A stretch of DNA of 63,997 bases, filler included, from Cercozoa sp. M6MM (taxonomy: Eukaryota; Protista; Endomyxa: Ascetosporea): the NCBI GenBank assembly GCA_040357565.1. It is 11 parts of 11 records of this genome, joined end to end, with 100 filler letters (N's around TTAATTAATTAA, not from the genome) between each part and the next. Parts side by side here need not be neighbours in the genome. Positions count along the whole stretch, not along the records: positions 20,812 to 29,679 come from JBDODJ010000506.1; positions 29,780 to 38,303 come from JBDODJ010000529.1; positions 38,404 to 43,363 come from JBDODJ010001008.1; 8 more parts are not named here. One strand, given 5' to 3'. Of the stretch, positions 25,392-39,027 are shown piece after piece. The notes below the pieces were generated by a model, which was given only the letters and a program-made list of their open reading frames with translations, was not told the DNA's origin and made no database searches. A program made the translations under genes and the position numbers. The number at the start of each line of letters is the position of its first letter. The stretch's first letter is position 1.

Positions 25392-28300
25392 ATGTCGGCG
25401 CAAGGGATTGGGGAGTGTGCCGAAAACGGGAACTTGTTTGAGCTTGAAGCGTTGCTTGACCAGGCCAAGAGAGCTCGCGACGAAGCCGAAGAGCGTTTGG
25501 CACAACTATGTCAGCAAAAGCACGCCATCGAAGGGAAATGCCAGAGTGCCCAAAAAGAGTTGCGACGAAATCAGGAGCTGCAGAAGATGAACGAACTGCT
25601 GCTCAAGCAAGTGCGATTAAGCCAGACTGAAAGGTCTGCGCAGCAAGTGGCTATAAAGATTCAGCAGCTTCAGATTGAACTCGAAGTTATTGGCGACATC
25701 CAGTGCGAGAAGAGTCGAACCGAAAGCGTCGCTGCTGAGAACTCAACCGAGCTCCTCCTCGACTCAAAAGAACTCGCCGAGCTGAAAGATGCACGGCAAA
25801 GGCGGAAACTACAGGCGCGAAGGGAGCAACTACAACAAGAAGAGTTCTTGTTGAGGTCGAAACTGCAAACTGAAGCTGCCGAGCTACGCCGAGCGCACGA
25901 AAACATCAGTGCACAGCTGCAGGAGTGTGGAGGTGCATTGGACGGCCGACTGGATTCGATCGACAATGTCTTGGTTGGCGATTTGGAGGCGCAGCTTGAG
26001 CGCGTCGAAGCAGAGTTCGGAGAATCGACAAAACAAACAGCTTCAATGATGTCGGAGCTTGACAAAGCACCGCCAGATGAGCAGCTGTACAAGGAGATGA
26101 AAGAGCTGCTGTGCAGCGAAATACTGCCGCCAATCTTGGACAAAATTGTTCGCTTCGACATGCGCGTCAAGGAGAACACGCACATCTTCCAGCTTGAGCG
26201 ATTGTGAGTTACTTCTATCTACAGTAAATTTACAGAGGGCTACAGTCGTTCATATTTCACTCTCAACAACGCACACAGGCAGAACAGCATCGCTGCGCAT
26301 GAGGAGCGAATGCGAATCTTGAAGCATCAGGTAGCACTGGAGGCACTCGCTGATACTTTATCCAACGAGTACATTGCCGAAGAAACGCAGCGGGCAATCA
26401 GTACACAATTCACACTCACATGAGGCATATGCATCCTGATTTTAAAGGCTTCTTATCTTCGTAGCCTCGCTGGTGAAGGAAGTGATACAGGAGATGCGAA
26501 ATTTACCCTACAAGACGGCCATGCAGCTACAGGCGACAGTGTCACTTAGCGAAGCTGATACACGCGTGTACACGCACTTGCTGATGCTGCAGAGAGCTGG
26601 CATTGACATCTTGTCACTCTACAGTGTCGACAGCTTTCAACAAAGTACCTCTTCAATCGTGGAGAATGATAGTGAAAGTCAGAGTGCACGTGCTCTTTGG
26701 CAACGCGTGTTCCGACGCTTGCAGAAGCCTTCCTCAAGCGAAGTGTCGCTGCACTCGCTCGTGCAGACACAGGTGTCACTCGCGCGAATGCGACTGTGCC
26801 GCTTCCTGAAGCGCACCTCGGTGGCACAGCTGCGTCGCTTCTTTCAGGTTCCTATTAACACGGAGTCTGCCCACGTTCCTGCCGGCCAGTGGTACCTCTC
26901 GAATTGGCCTCCTGCACACATCACCGGTACTCGACAAGCGAGTCTGTTCGTCAACCAAGACACTGACCTTGAACTCCCCTCCTCCAAGTACGAAACCGCA
27001 TACTCACCTCTCGCACCGTTCCGCAAAGCCAAGACGAGGTACTGTGCATTTCTAATATCAGTCCCAGGGATATACTAATGCAGAAGTTTGCGCATCTGCG
27101 TAGACGAGTCGCAGTGGCGCCTGCTGTATATGCAGAGAGGCCACTGATGTGTGTTGCCGTCTACGAGCGACGACTCTTGCTGCACGCTGTTTCACTGCCT
27201 TTGGAACACTCAGAAACAAGCACAGGGACTGAGTCAAGGTACAGTATACGTACCATCGTGTTCACGAACATTGAAGCAAGACAGAATATCAAAGTAACGT
27301 TTACACAGGTTGCTCGCGGAATGGAAGGTTGAACACAATCGACAGAAGGTAGCGTCAGTCGAGTGGAGCTTTGGTGCTTCCAAGCCAGTTTATAAATTTA
27401 GAAAGCCAGTCACTGTAGATATTACGGCGTGCTTTACTTGTGCTGTTTATTAGACTCAAGACAAATCGCAGTGGTTCTTAAAGAAATCGACGAAAGCGCC
27501 GACAAGATGGACGCTCGTTTACTCAAGTATCCTCGCACAAACCCAGACTCTTAATACTTTGGTATATTTCTTGTATCTTGGGACAGCACCGTGGTGATAC
27601 TGGACACTGGTTTCGACCGCACCTCGATGCGAGTGGTGGCGCGCTTCTCTGTGGGTACCAAAGAGGTCTCGTACCTTCAATTCTCACAGCACAGTGTCGA
27701 ACTGACCGGTCGTTCCACGGCACTCGTGCTATGTCTCGACGACAACACCGTTCGGATCGTGTATCTGGAGACAGCAGGACCTCCATTAGACTCGAGTGCT
27801 AACAACACTCCCAGTAGGTTGTTGAAGCGATGGAAACCGTTCCAAGGCAACGAACGGCGACGTCTCGACAGACAGGAGCAGTGGGACGACCTCGTTCGAG
27901 AAATACAAAACTACAGTCGCTTCGGCATTCGGGGGACTCTCTTGTGCATTGCACATTCAACACCAGTGGTGTCTGCGCACACTCTTCTCAGTGCAGTACA
28001 TGATGGAGATGGGGACGTTAGTGACAGCACCAAAGGTGGTACGACGCAGCTGTCACTGACGACAGTGGACGTGTCTGGTCTCGTGGCACACTGGATTCTG
28101 CCGGCAGAATACGAGACTGAACAGGACGAAGAGACTCAACAAGACGAACTCAGATACAAAAAGTCGCCTCTGCAGGTGTACGTGCCTTTTAAAACTGTCC
28201 ACTTGTGCACCTGGCAGTTCAAACTCGGTCACTTCGAGTTTGGTAAATTCACGTTTCGACTCTTTCTTTATTAGCACATGGGTACTGCTATAGACAACGC

Positions 28301-29409
28301 ACCCACAAAGAGCAACGACACGTTCACGCTACCGCAGTTCGAACAGATGGCGAAGCAACTTGCCAAACGGCGCGAGTTTCTATCTTTCTGCAAGGACAGG
28401 ACCACGTGTGCACTCGTGTACGGTACAGCACAGTCTATGCCTAGATGTTGAAAGGTAAAGTATGATAAGGACAACAGACATGACGGATACGAGAGCGAGC
28501 GCCGTGACGGCCGTTTCGAAAGTCTGCGACGACGGTCGAACGCGCTTTTTGCTACCGAAGCGACGCTACATTCCTCTTGAGGTACTTCCTGTGCAGTGCC
28601 CGCCCATATATTACTAAATATATGTACATATATATATGTATATTATATAGTATATATATATGTATATTATATAGTATATATATATATATATACTGATATC
28701 CGTCAATACATGAATATTTGTACGTGAGGTACTGTACATGAGGTACTATATACGCAGACACTGAGAGGCAGCGTGATATCAGCTCAGTTCTGGAACACGC
28801 GAAGGTAACCACAGCCATCGTTTCGTTGCTCTCTTTGTTCAGCAGATAAAATGTAATGATGCACTCAGTGGCGTTCGATACGTTGTGCGACTTCGCGATG
28901 CCAATGGCAGCGACTGGTTCCAGAGTGTACACCTTCTACTCTCTCGTACAGATACTCTTTATGCACAGAATACCTGTTGTACACATAAACAGAGCGACGG
29001 CACAGTGATTCAACTGGAAGAGAGCGTGCGCAGGTGGCACGTGCGTCCGCACGTGTCGCCGCAAGGCCGCAGGGAAGGTGACTTCACACTGCTCACACTG
29101 GGACAACAACTGCGCAGCTTCGCGTGCTCTAGTGGGAGGACACAGCAACACCTGCAGCGTCAACTGCCTAACGCGCGTTTCTCGGTTCCAGTGGAAGTCA
29201 AGTCGACGTCCGATGCATTTGTAACTCAAGTCGACGCTGCAGAATCTGAAGAGGCCAAGAACGACGAAGCCAGCCAACAGGATGCTCAAGACCCAGAGAG
29301 CGATCGAGATCAGTCAGCATGTAGCTGTCGTCTGGTGTTCTTGTGTCTGCCTGTCGTTGAAGACGGAAAGCAACCCCCGCTCGCGGCGCTCTCTGTGTTC
29401 GTCTCATGA
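25392..29409 (+). CDS. Large hypothetical protein: N-terminal coiled coil plus probable beta-propeller region
   Basis: First exon of about 270 codons is E/Q/L/K-rich with a heptad pattern. Later long exons (26473-27038, 27587-28242, 28885-29409) have beta-strand-like segments (VSYLQFSQ..LVLCLDDNTVRIVYL). Confidence 0.6.
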
Positions 29410-29779
29410 ACAAAGACGTCATGTATTCTGTACCAGCTTCTACCCTGTACCCATGCCCCTTTTTATACCCTTCACGTCGACGTACCAGCTAGTGTTCCGA
29501 CCGCCACCATACCAAACCGTGACGCAACGAGAATGCCATTCCTTTTGGTTAGCAACTCTTATTGCTGTATCAGACACAAAGCAGTATTAGTAGCACGAAC
29601 GTACAGTACTGTAAGTGATGCCAGCAAGGCGATTGCGTGTCTTGTGGTGGCTACACACAGCACGCCTCGGCGCACGGTCNNNNNNNNNNNNNNNNNNNNN
29701 NNNNNNNNNNNNNNNNNNNNNNNTTAATTAATTAANNNNNNNNNNNNNNNNNNNNNNNNNNNNNNNNNNNNNNNNNNNN

Positions 29780-29887
29780 TACACACAACACACGCACATG
29801 TGCTCTACGCAAGCTAGACACTGGATTTTGCTGCAGGATTGTGCGACGATTCGGTGAGCGTTGCGATCGAACAGGTACAGTCTGTGC

Positions 29888-29951
<64 letters not shown>

Positions 29952-30526
29952 TACGTTCACGTTCCAGGCGCGTGGTGTAACGAGTCTGATGTTCCCCGAG
30001 AGGTACCGAGCGATAGTGTTGTCATGAGTGCAGTGCTATCCCGTGTGTTCGCATTGTCGTTGTGCTTCAGGCATCCGTTTTGCATGGAGGTCGCCGGTCT
30101 TGAATCGCAACTTGACAACGTACGCTTTCTTTTTCAGCGCCGAAACTGAACTGTCAAACCCGCACACGCAACACAGGAGCTGCACGGCCGGCAATGCCAG
30201 ATGGAACGACTGCAGCAAATGTTCGCTTCGCAGCGGCAGCAGCCGCAAGAACTCGCGCTTGACGGGTTTGATGAGCAGGACGAGGTACCTTTCCCTGCTC
30301 TCTGCAGTTATTCTCGCTCACTGTTCCGATTGCACACGAATGCATCCCGTTGATGTAGCTCACCGATGAGGAACTGTCGGAGATGGTTCGTGCCATGCAA
30401 GACGACGACTGAGCGTTGATTGAGTCTAATCGCCAACGCCCGCCCACTGGCACGGCAACGAACGCAAGAACACAACGAACTACGCTAACTCGACTTGCAT
30501 TTTTAAATCTTTGTCCTGCCAACATG
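29780..30526 (-). CDS. Possible hypothetical protein, 5' part; frame uncertain
   Basis: Open segments, plus a GTAC-(TG)n-CAG intron on the minus strand (29886-29955). No homology recognised. Confidence 0.3.
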
Positions 30527-30836
30527 ACAGCCTGTCGTGTTGTCAATTGATTACAGAGTTACTGTGCGGGTACCGTGACGTAATTTAAGACTTTTTTGCC
30601 CAGCTCTAAGTCACACCAGCATTTAGTACAACCAAGTTTACTGTAGTATAAAATGACTCTGATCGCGACTCAAAGTGGATTATATGGTTAAAGCTGCTGC
30701 GTGCGCACGCCAAAAAGTTGATCGGGCGCGCGGATCGAGAAAAGCAAAACAAGACTGCCATCTAAGACGACTGATGCCACTCAAAAATTGCTTTAAACAC
30801 GCCCACGTACATTGTGCGGGCAGACTAAAAAACTCG

Positions 30837-32262
30837 TCACTTCACTTGGGCAGGAAGCGCGCCAGGCCGAACATTGACGGCGCAGAAAGCGGCGCCAGCG
30901 ACAATAACACGCAGGCGCAGATGATACGCAGCGTCTCCTACACAGCCACAGGGCTCACAAACAATAACACAAGAAGAGACAGGGTACCTCGTCCATGTCA
31001 AGCGCGAATTTCGAGGCCACGAACGAACCGGCGAGCGAGCCCGCTGTATGTGCACGCAGTCGATAAGACAAGGGAGCAGAAGGGTAAGCAAGAGCTACCA
31101 GCCAACGAGGCTCCGATCTGCGGCAGCAGTGTTCCCGCGCGGTACGCAGTGAACAGTGCGACCTAAGAGAGCGATATACGACAGTAGCACGAGGAGTATG
31201 GGTCAAATACTGCAGAGGCTGGCATCATGGCGGCCAGTGTTGTGCCGACCACGGCGACCTGAGGCAGCGGCGAAAACAGCGACAGCACCGGCGTGATGAA
31301 AACGCCGCCACCGACGCCGAGCATGCCTGTCAATAGGCCGCTGCAGACGCCAACACCTGCCCGGGCAAGGCACACACATACTTACGTGTATGTCTGCATA
31401 TAATACAGGAGGGGAGGTACCAGCATAGAACACAGGCCACTTCCACTGGTCGCCGTAGCCGTGCTTGATAGCTGTCGCGGGTGCCATCTCCTCCTCCTCC
31501 TCCATCGACAGCGTCTTCTGCAGAGTGGACACAACGGAAAGAGTACAAGCAGACATGGAAAGGGAGAGGAGGAATTGGGTACCTGATATCTCTTGTACAA
31601 AACGTCAGCACCGACGAGAGCACCACCCTGTCCGTGTACACACACAGGTAGACACACAGAAACAGACACAGATACACAAGCACACAGGGAGACACACAGA
31701 CAGGGAGACACACAGACACACAGACACAGACAAAAGTGACACAAAGAGTAGCATGTGGTACAGATGCGGTGAAGAGCGCCATGATCTTCTTCAACTTGTC
31801 GGCGTCCATCTTCTTCATCTGCAAGCAAACAGGAGCGTATACCATCCATACCCCCAGGCACAGAAAGACTACCATGCGAACACCTTGCTGGGCTGAAAAC
31901 CTACCACACAGACACACAAATGCAACAGCAAAACCAAGACGAAGACGGCGGTCCTACATGGCAGTGATCGTGATGCACAGGGCAGCCAAGGGGTCCCACG
32001 CGCCATGCGACGCCAGCTCCACTGAGGCGCCCAGTCTACGCAGGCATGCACGTTTGTTTAGCCTTGATATCACAATCACTCAGTGTACCCAGTGGCCAGC
32101 ACGGCGGCAATCGAAGACGACTGAGCGGCGCCTCGGCCCAGTCTGTTCTCGGGAGGCATGTCCCTCTGTCTAGAATGTGCATGTAGGTAGTGTGTACCCA
32201 GCCAGCGCCATGAGAGGCACCATGACGACACCACCACCCAGTCCGACAACAGCACCCAACTG

Positions 32263-32302
<40 letters not shown>

Positions 32303-32541
32303 ACAACCACACAAAATAACAACGACAGAGAGACACAAGAGAGACGTACGGCACCACCGGCGAAGCCGATGGCTGCCCACGTCGCCAGTCCGCGCGGACG
32401 TAGAGCATGCTCAGGCACGCGAAACGCTTCAGGGCACAACTTTGGTTCCTTCGGTGTCACTTGATTCTTGCCCGACGAGAAGAGACGCGTCCGCGCGGAT
32501 GACACCCGAGTAGCCACGGCTCGTCGGATATGATGGAACAT
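30837..32541 (-). CDS. Sulfite exporter TauE/SafE (TSUP) family membrane protein with mitochondrial-type presequence
   Basis: Duplicated halves GFAGGA|LGAVVGLGGGVVMVPLM and GVCSGLLTGMLGVGGGVFITPVL...AVVGTTLAAM. N-terminus MFHHIRRAVATRVSSARTRLFSS is Arg/Ser-rich with no acidic residues. Confidence 0.8.
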
Positions 32542-32885
32542 TTTGTTTGAATCACTTGGCCTTGCTTCGCAGGAAGTATGAACGGTCAGAGTCACACTGA
32601 AATAAAACGCATTGAAGTGGTACACTACTCCGTTTGTGCACAGTCCAATCGGTTGTTTTTTTAAATGCACTTTTAAGGACGCGGCAACAGAGCACTTGCT
32701 GGGCCGAGCTACCGTCCAGTACACTGCCTGTGCGCGTGCATTGACAGTAAACTTTGGGGGTAAGAGCAGTCGACACGCCACACCGGAGTTCTAGTTCCAA
32801 TCGAGCGGATCTCGAGCCCTGGAGCCAAGCACCACTTATCTGCACACAGTCGCAAGGCTGTGCACACACTTTGAGGCTCTTTAAA

Positions 32886-35800
32886 ATGGTACACGCTTCT
32901 GGTGTGTATTTGGCGCTTTTTTGCTGCAGCAGATGAGTTTGGTACATGGCAGTTATTCGCTCGCCGACTGACAGAGCCGGTGCGCAACAAGCACGTTGAG
33001 TGGGCGGTACCACATGTGCACCGATGGATGATCCCTGTTGTCCGACCGCTCATTCCGCGTGCGAGTGTGTTCTGCAGGGTTCCAAGTCACTGCGTGTCGG
33101 TGTCGCCGAGATGCAAGGCTGGCGCAACTCACAAGAGGACCGACACTGCAGTACAGTCTCTCTGATTCTCGGCGTATCTGTCGAGCATGTTTTGTATTCT
33201 TTGCATGTTGTGCCCGCAGTCTGCCTGGACCTGCCAGACCACCCGCACTGGCACTTTGTCGGCGTGTTTGATGGCCACGGTGGACGCGAGGCGGCCGACT
33301 ACTGCGCAACTCAGGTGTGTGACACTGCCGTGCTAGTCACTTGGTCACTCGACCATGTGATCGGTGGTCATGTGCGGAGTCGTGTGTGGTGTCATTTGTT
33401 GTGGCATGTGCTGAACTTCATCGTGTGCAGTTTGTGAAACGCATCGGCAAGCTGAAGCGACTCGACGACGAAAACGAATTGCGCGCGTGCTTCCTCGGCA
33501 TCGATCGCGACTTCATCCAAGCTCATGTAGCCCCTTTCTCATCCGCGCGGACGCGCGCCACTACCGTTGTTGCACGCGCAGAAGACGTCAGGAACTACGG
33601 TGGCGATAGCGCTGATCAAAACGAACCCGCGCGTCGTGCCGCATACGCGAGTCCAGGTGCCTGAGAGGGACAAGGTAGTTTGACCTGTGGTTGCGCCGGT
33701 GTCAGCGCGGACACGCATGCTTTGTGTTGCAGGAGAATGACGACATCAGCGAGAACATTTGCAGTGATAACGACAGCCGGCACATTCCATCGGTACGGCC
33801 CTTGTCCGTTTTTCCCGTGGACTGCCTTCCGCCCCTTCTTGATCCTCTCTGGTATGTTGCAGACCGTGCTGTTCGACGACAAGGAGCAGGACGACCCCGT
33901 TGCCGGTATAATCTTGCCTGGCTGCCACCGTGTGATTTGACGAACTGACTGACTGGTCGGATTTACAGTCCGAGTGGTGTCGGTCCACGTGGGTGACGCC
34001 GCAGTAATGGTCACTCGTGCGCCAGACCACGTAGAGATTCTGTCGCTGCCGGAACACAAGCCGACACTGCCCGCAGAGAGAGAGTATTGCCCTTCCATGC
34101 TTCTCCCTGTCCTGTTCTATGCCACCACTGTTCTTTACCTTTAATTGTTCGTCACCGTTACTGTCCTGTAGTCGCGTGGTGGCGGCCGGTGGACAGGTAC
34201 TCTCGATGCGTGTCGACGGCGAACTTGCCGTTTCTCGTGCCATCGGTACCTTCTGATACTTCGTGTGTGATCATTGGTGTGCATGTGTGCGTGTGTGTCG
34301 CTTAGGTGACGAGCGCTACAAGCAACAAACCGCGCTGAGTGCTGAGCAGCAGAAGGTGTGTGCCGTCCCTGACGTCACTGTGAGGGGTACACTGTGCCTT
34401 TGGTCCCCTCCATTCACCGATAGCATCCCGCTATTGTCGTCTTAGATATCCGGTTGAGTGAGCTGTCGCACACGCTCCTGTTGGTGTGCTGCGACGGTCT
34501 GTTGGAGGCGATGAGTGCCACGTGTGCTGGTACGTGTTTCGCACTCCACTTTAGTGCCGAACACTCTGTGCATTGTCACTCACTTGTTGTTTAGTGGACA
34601 AGCTGTGGCGTACTATCGAGCAAGTGCAGCGTACACTGAGCCGTTATCTTTTTTGTCTCTTCTGGTCCGTTTAAGTCTTCCTTGTTTTGCGTGTGCAGAA
34701 AGCGACGGCACACTGGACCCGTGCGTGGTGGCACAGCGATTGCTTGATGCTTCTCTCGATGCCGGCAGTCGGTACCTCTCCTTTCCAGATTTACAGGGAT
34801 GGGCCACATTACCCCCCCCCCCCCCTGTGTTGTCAACAGAGACAATCACACGCTGGCGGTCGTTGCCTTTGTGGACGGACAGAACTTTGGTCAAGGAAGA
34901 CAGTACATCTACGTGCCGCCCACCGCTGTATTGTCTTGCCATTCCGATACATGCAATCTGTGTCCGTATATGTGTGCGCATAGGCGATGGAGGCAGACTC
35001 CGTGCTGATGCAGTGCTACACAGAGGACCTGCGACGTGCTGCGAGACCCAATGATGCGGTGCACTACACTTCATCCTCTCTGTCTGTGGTCACTGTAGCG
35101 CTAAATCTTCCCTGTCCTGTCCTCGCACAGGAACTGCGACGACTGCAGGAACTCGTAGCGCGGCAGCAGTCCGTCTTTGCCGATCCGTTTGGACTCAATC
35201 CGCACAGTACCCGATATAGATACCTTCGATACACATGCCATGGGAGAGGGTAACCACAATCTGCTGCTGCCTATGGTAGCCACCGGGATGTCGGCGTCGT
35301 CGTTGGAGGCAGCATACTCGCGCAAGCGGCAGCAGCCGGGTTTTTTAAACTCGCTGCGTCGACAAGGCAGTCTAAGTCGTGGTGCCAGGAGGTCCTTAGG
35401 TACCACCTGTCTATGCATATAGGTGCAGTGTCTGTTTCTGTTTCTGTTTCTTCATCTGTGTCTGTGTACGTCTTCGTGTCTGTGTGTGTCTGTGTGTCTG
35501 TGTGTGTGTCTGTGTGTGTGTGTGTCCATTTTGTATTGAATAGGCTTCGGTCGTGTCGGTCTCGGTTCGCCGAATCCCAAGAATAGCAGCAGCAATAACA
35601 GCGACAACAACAGCGTTGAGACTGAGTTTCCGTTTCCGCGCGGCGCCAGTGAATTCTGCTGGGTCGCTTCCGACTTTGCCGACGGCTCCTCCGCCGGTAC
35701 ACGTGTTAACACGCACTGCCATGATGTAGCACTGTTGCTTTGCCTCTGCAGATGTGGACGATGAGACATTTGAATCTGCCGACACGTTTGATTTCTCCGA

Positions 35801-36235
35801 GGGCTCGCCGATGGCAGACTCGCCTGCCGCCGAGGACGCACTGGGCGACCTGGTAATTGCAGTACGAAACTACATCTTTACACATGTATCTATGTGCTGC
35901 TCCAGGTGTTTGGCAAGCGACTGTCGCGTCGCATGTCGCGCAAGCGCACGTCACGCCGCATCAGCGGTATTCGGCAGGAGCCGCTGGAAGAGGCGCCGGC
36001 CAAGAAGCGCGTGACTTCGTCGGACCCAATGACGCCGCTGGTGACGAACAACGCCAGCAGCAGCAACAATGACAACTCCCAGAGTAACACCAGCACTGAC
36101 GATAGTACCACGGCGACCGACGACGCAACAACTACAACGGCACCTATTGCTGGTGCGGACTCGTTGCATCTCGCACCTGACCGAGAAGTTGTTTCGAGCG
36201 ACGCCTCAAAAACGCCCGTGTTGTCTCCCGAGTGA
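32886..36235 (+). CDS. Protein phosphatase 2C (PPM family) with C-terminal extension
   Basis: AEMQGWRNSQEDRH, FVGVFDGHGG, SGTTVAIAL, HVGDA, EHKP, RVDGELAVSRAIGD, AVPDV, VCCDGL, GSRDNHT. Confidence 0.93.
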
Positions 36236-36445
36236 TCATGAACGAAAGAAATCGAACGAATTGACACCGTCCGTCAAATACCGTACGGCGCGAGTGATGC
36301 ATCGAATCAGAACTCGAACGGCTGCAACGCAACCTTCACTCATTTACATGGCCGAGCGAGATCTAGGTCGATTGACCGTCACTCATTTACTGCATATTAT
36401 GAGGGTGTTTTGCTGACGGATACAAGATGAGAGTGCACGAGCTAG

Positions 36446-37345
36446 CTAATCACGGTGGGATGCATGAGACTACCCACGAGCTCTCCTAACGAGGCAGTGT
36501 ACACTATCACCGACACAGGAACTATCGGAGAGATGGCAGAACGAGCAGAGGCGACAGATTTAATCAATCACTACGCTAAGCACACTATGTCTCGAAACGG
36601 ACACCACATCAATCTCTGCTGGGAGAAGAGCTGCCACAAACCGCAAGATCACCGACGCTGAACTAAGCGAAATACCACAAAGAAGAAGAAAGATTCTCGG
36701 AAGGATCACGACAGCGAACAGACCCAGAGAACATGAGACATATTGGATCAAGATAAACAAAGACCACAAGAAACTGAAAAAGAGGATCGAAACTGCAAAA
36801 ACAAAGAACACAACGCCCCCTCAGAAGGGCCAGGGTCAGAGCTCTACAAAAGACGCACATCAGAAACCCCTGGAAACATATCAAGAACTCAAACAAACTG
36901 CTCTTTATCCAAATACCGCGAAAGTGCAATGAATGCAATGCCAGAGGCAGACTCAGGACTCCCAACTGCAAGGGATGCAAACAACGACTACAAAAACGCG
37001 AAGTAAATGAGTGCCCCGACTGCGCGGGTCCCCTGAAAGTGCAGAAGACACTCTCGACACGTACTACCGATTGCTGGAATGCAAGGTAACGGAAGATATC
37101 AGAAACAACCCCAATGCGGCTCAATGGCACACAATTGAAGACATAAATTTACTGGCCAACCCTGAGAACCCAGCAACACTCAACAGAATGCACCAAGGCA
37201 CCAAGATCTCCTGGGACGAGGAAGCAACTGTCGAAGGACAACCAGCCTTCCTGCAGGCACAGGACCGAGAGGTCCCCGACGTAGACTAGGCCACCACTCA
37301 TAGCAGTGGTGGCCCTAAGTCTATGTCTGTTTGTTTGTTTTGTTT
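36446..37345 (+). mobile_element. Decayed, 5'-truncated non-LTR retrotransposon (LINE) 3' fragment
   Basis: A-rich, intronless, frameshifted. Post-RT-like GCMRLPTSSPNEAVY, Cys pairs, and a degenerate terminal knuckle CPDC..(frameshift)..AEDTL....LLECKVTEDIR. Stop at 37289, then a perfect 10-bp stem-loop and a (TGTT)n tail. Confidence 0.65.
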
Positions 37346-37597
37346 AGGTATCGAGTGGAGAGACGGGAGGACGACGGGACGACCCGACGCGGCCTGCGAC
37401 GCCTCTCTACTTGTAGCCCGCTACCTGCACCAACCATGAAGTCAACTTCGGTGTCTGGGGAACGTCAAAAGGGGAGTTGTATGGTCCTACCCTAAGCGGG
37501 CGGTAGACACGGCCATGCTCTTGTGACCCACCCCAGACTGGTGCAGGGGAACTACATAGTTGGTTTCCTAGAAGACTCAACTAACTAACTAACTAAC
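37346..37597 (+). mobile_element. Structured element ending in an (AACT)n tail; probable SINE or 3' end of a second retroelement
   Basis: Nested complementary segments tgtag/ctaca, cctgcacca/tggtgcagg, gtctgggg/ccccagac and ctacc/ggtag, a terminal hairpin, and a tetranucleotide tail. Confidence 0.4.
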
Positions 37598-38233
37598 TAC
37601 TGGTCAAGTTCGCCGAGGAAGATCGTGGCGTCGGTGGAAGCAGAGGCCAGCACCGGCTCGGTCGGGTGCATGACAACCTCGGTGACGGCGCCGGCGTGAC
37701 CGGGGAGTCGATACAGCAGGCCCTCGGCCTCGCCCTGTCCGGAAGTGTCGACGTCGAACACAAAGACCTGGCACGAGGCATCGCCGAGCAGCACGCGGCG
37801 GCCGTTGGGGCTCCAGTTCGCCTTGAGCAGCAGCTGCTCCTGGCCCACCTGTGCCACCCCACACATCACACAGACACATACACATACACAGATACAGACA
37901 CATCAAACATCATCCACAAGCACAGCGGACTTGACATAGTACGTTGAAACCGCCAATCTTGCTTCGCAGGCGGTCACCTGGACAAGTGCAACGTGTGTAC
38001 ACAGACAGAGACAAGCAACGTTCTATTCACAGCGGGAAAACAGGGCACCCTTGCAGAAGGGCCGCACATCAAAGATGCACGCCATGCTATCCATGCCTAC
38101 ACACAAACATACATACGCCCACCCACACACACACACACGCACAGCACATTATGTACAGCAGAGGCACAACGAGATGCGCAGTACCGACTGAGAGCAACGA
38201 GTTGCCATCGGGCGACAACCGAAGCGACGTAAC
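37597..38233 (-). CDS. SNRNP40: U5 snRNP 40 kDa WD40 protein, 3' part
   Basis: VTSLRLSPDGNSLLS..MDS..CIFDVRPF, LLKANWSPNG, LLYRLPGHAGAVTEVVMHPTEPVLASASTDATIFLGEL match the SNRNP40 C-terminus. Confidence 0.9.
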
Positions 38234-38403
38234 CTGTGGAGTGGGTAAACAAATATCACACACACACACACACACACACACGCGCGCGCGCGCACACATG
38301 AAGNNNNNNNNNNNNNNNNNNNNNNNNNNNNNNNNNNNNNNNNNNNNTTAATTAATTAANNNNNNNNNNNNNNNNNNNNNNNNNNNNNNNNNNNNNNNNN
38401 NNN

Positions 38404-38520
38404 GCTGCTCAAAGTCGTCGCCGCCCAGGTCTCGCAGCAGTGCCTGTGCGTGTGTGCACATAGAGACATGTACACATGTACGTGTACTGTACATCTACTT
38501 GTATGTGTACTTGTACATAT

Positions 38521-38592
<72 letters not shown>

Positions 38593-38992
38593 CACACAGA
38601 TACAGGTGCACACAGGGGACAGGTGGCACACACACACACACGCACCTGGACCTCGGTAGCGTCGACGCGGCGCGACTTCTTGTGCGCGAACTCGTGGTCG
38701 AGCGGCTCCTCGTCGGCCTCGTCGTCCATGGCGATGAGTCGCTCCAGCTCGGCATCGCTGTCGTCGTTGTCGTTGTCGTTGTTGTTGTTGTTGTTGTTGC
38801 TGCTGTTGTTGCTGTTGCTGTTGTTGCTGTTGCTGTTGTTGCTGCTGTTGTTGGCACCGCTGCCCTGCTGACTGTCGTCGGCGTCGCTGTCGCTGTCGCT
38901 GCCGTCGGCACCCAGGAAGGCCAGCATGTCGTCGACTGCACTTGCAGCCGCTGCCTGCTGTTCTTGCAGCTGCTGCTTGACTTCAGTTTCGA

Positions 38993-39027
<35 letters not shown>

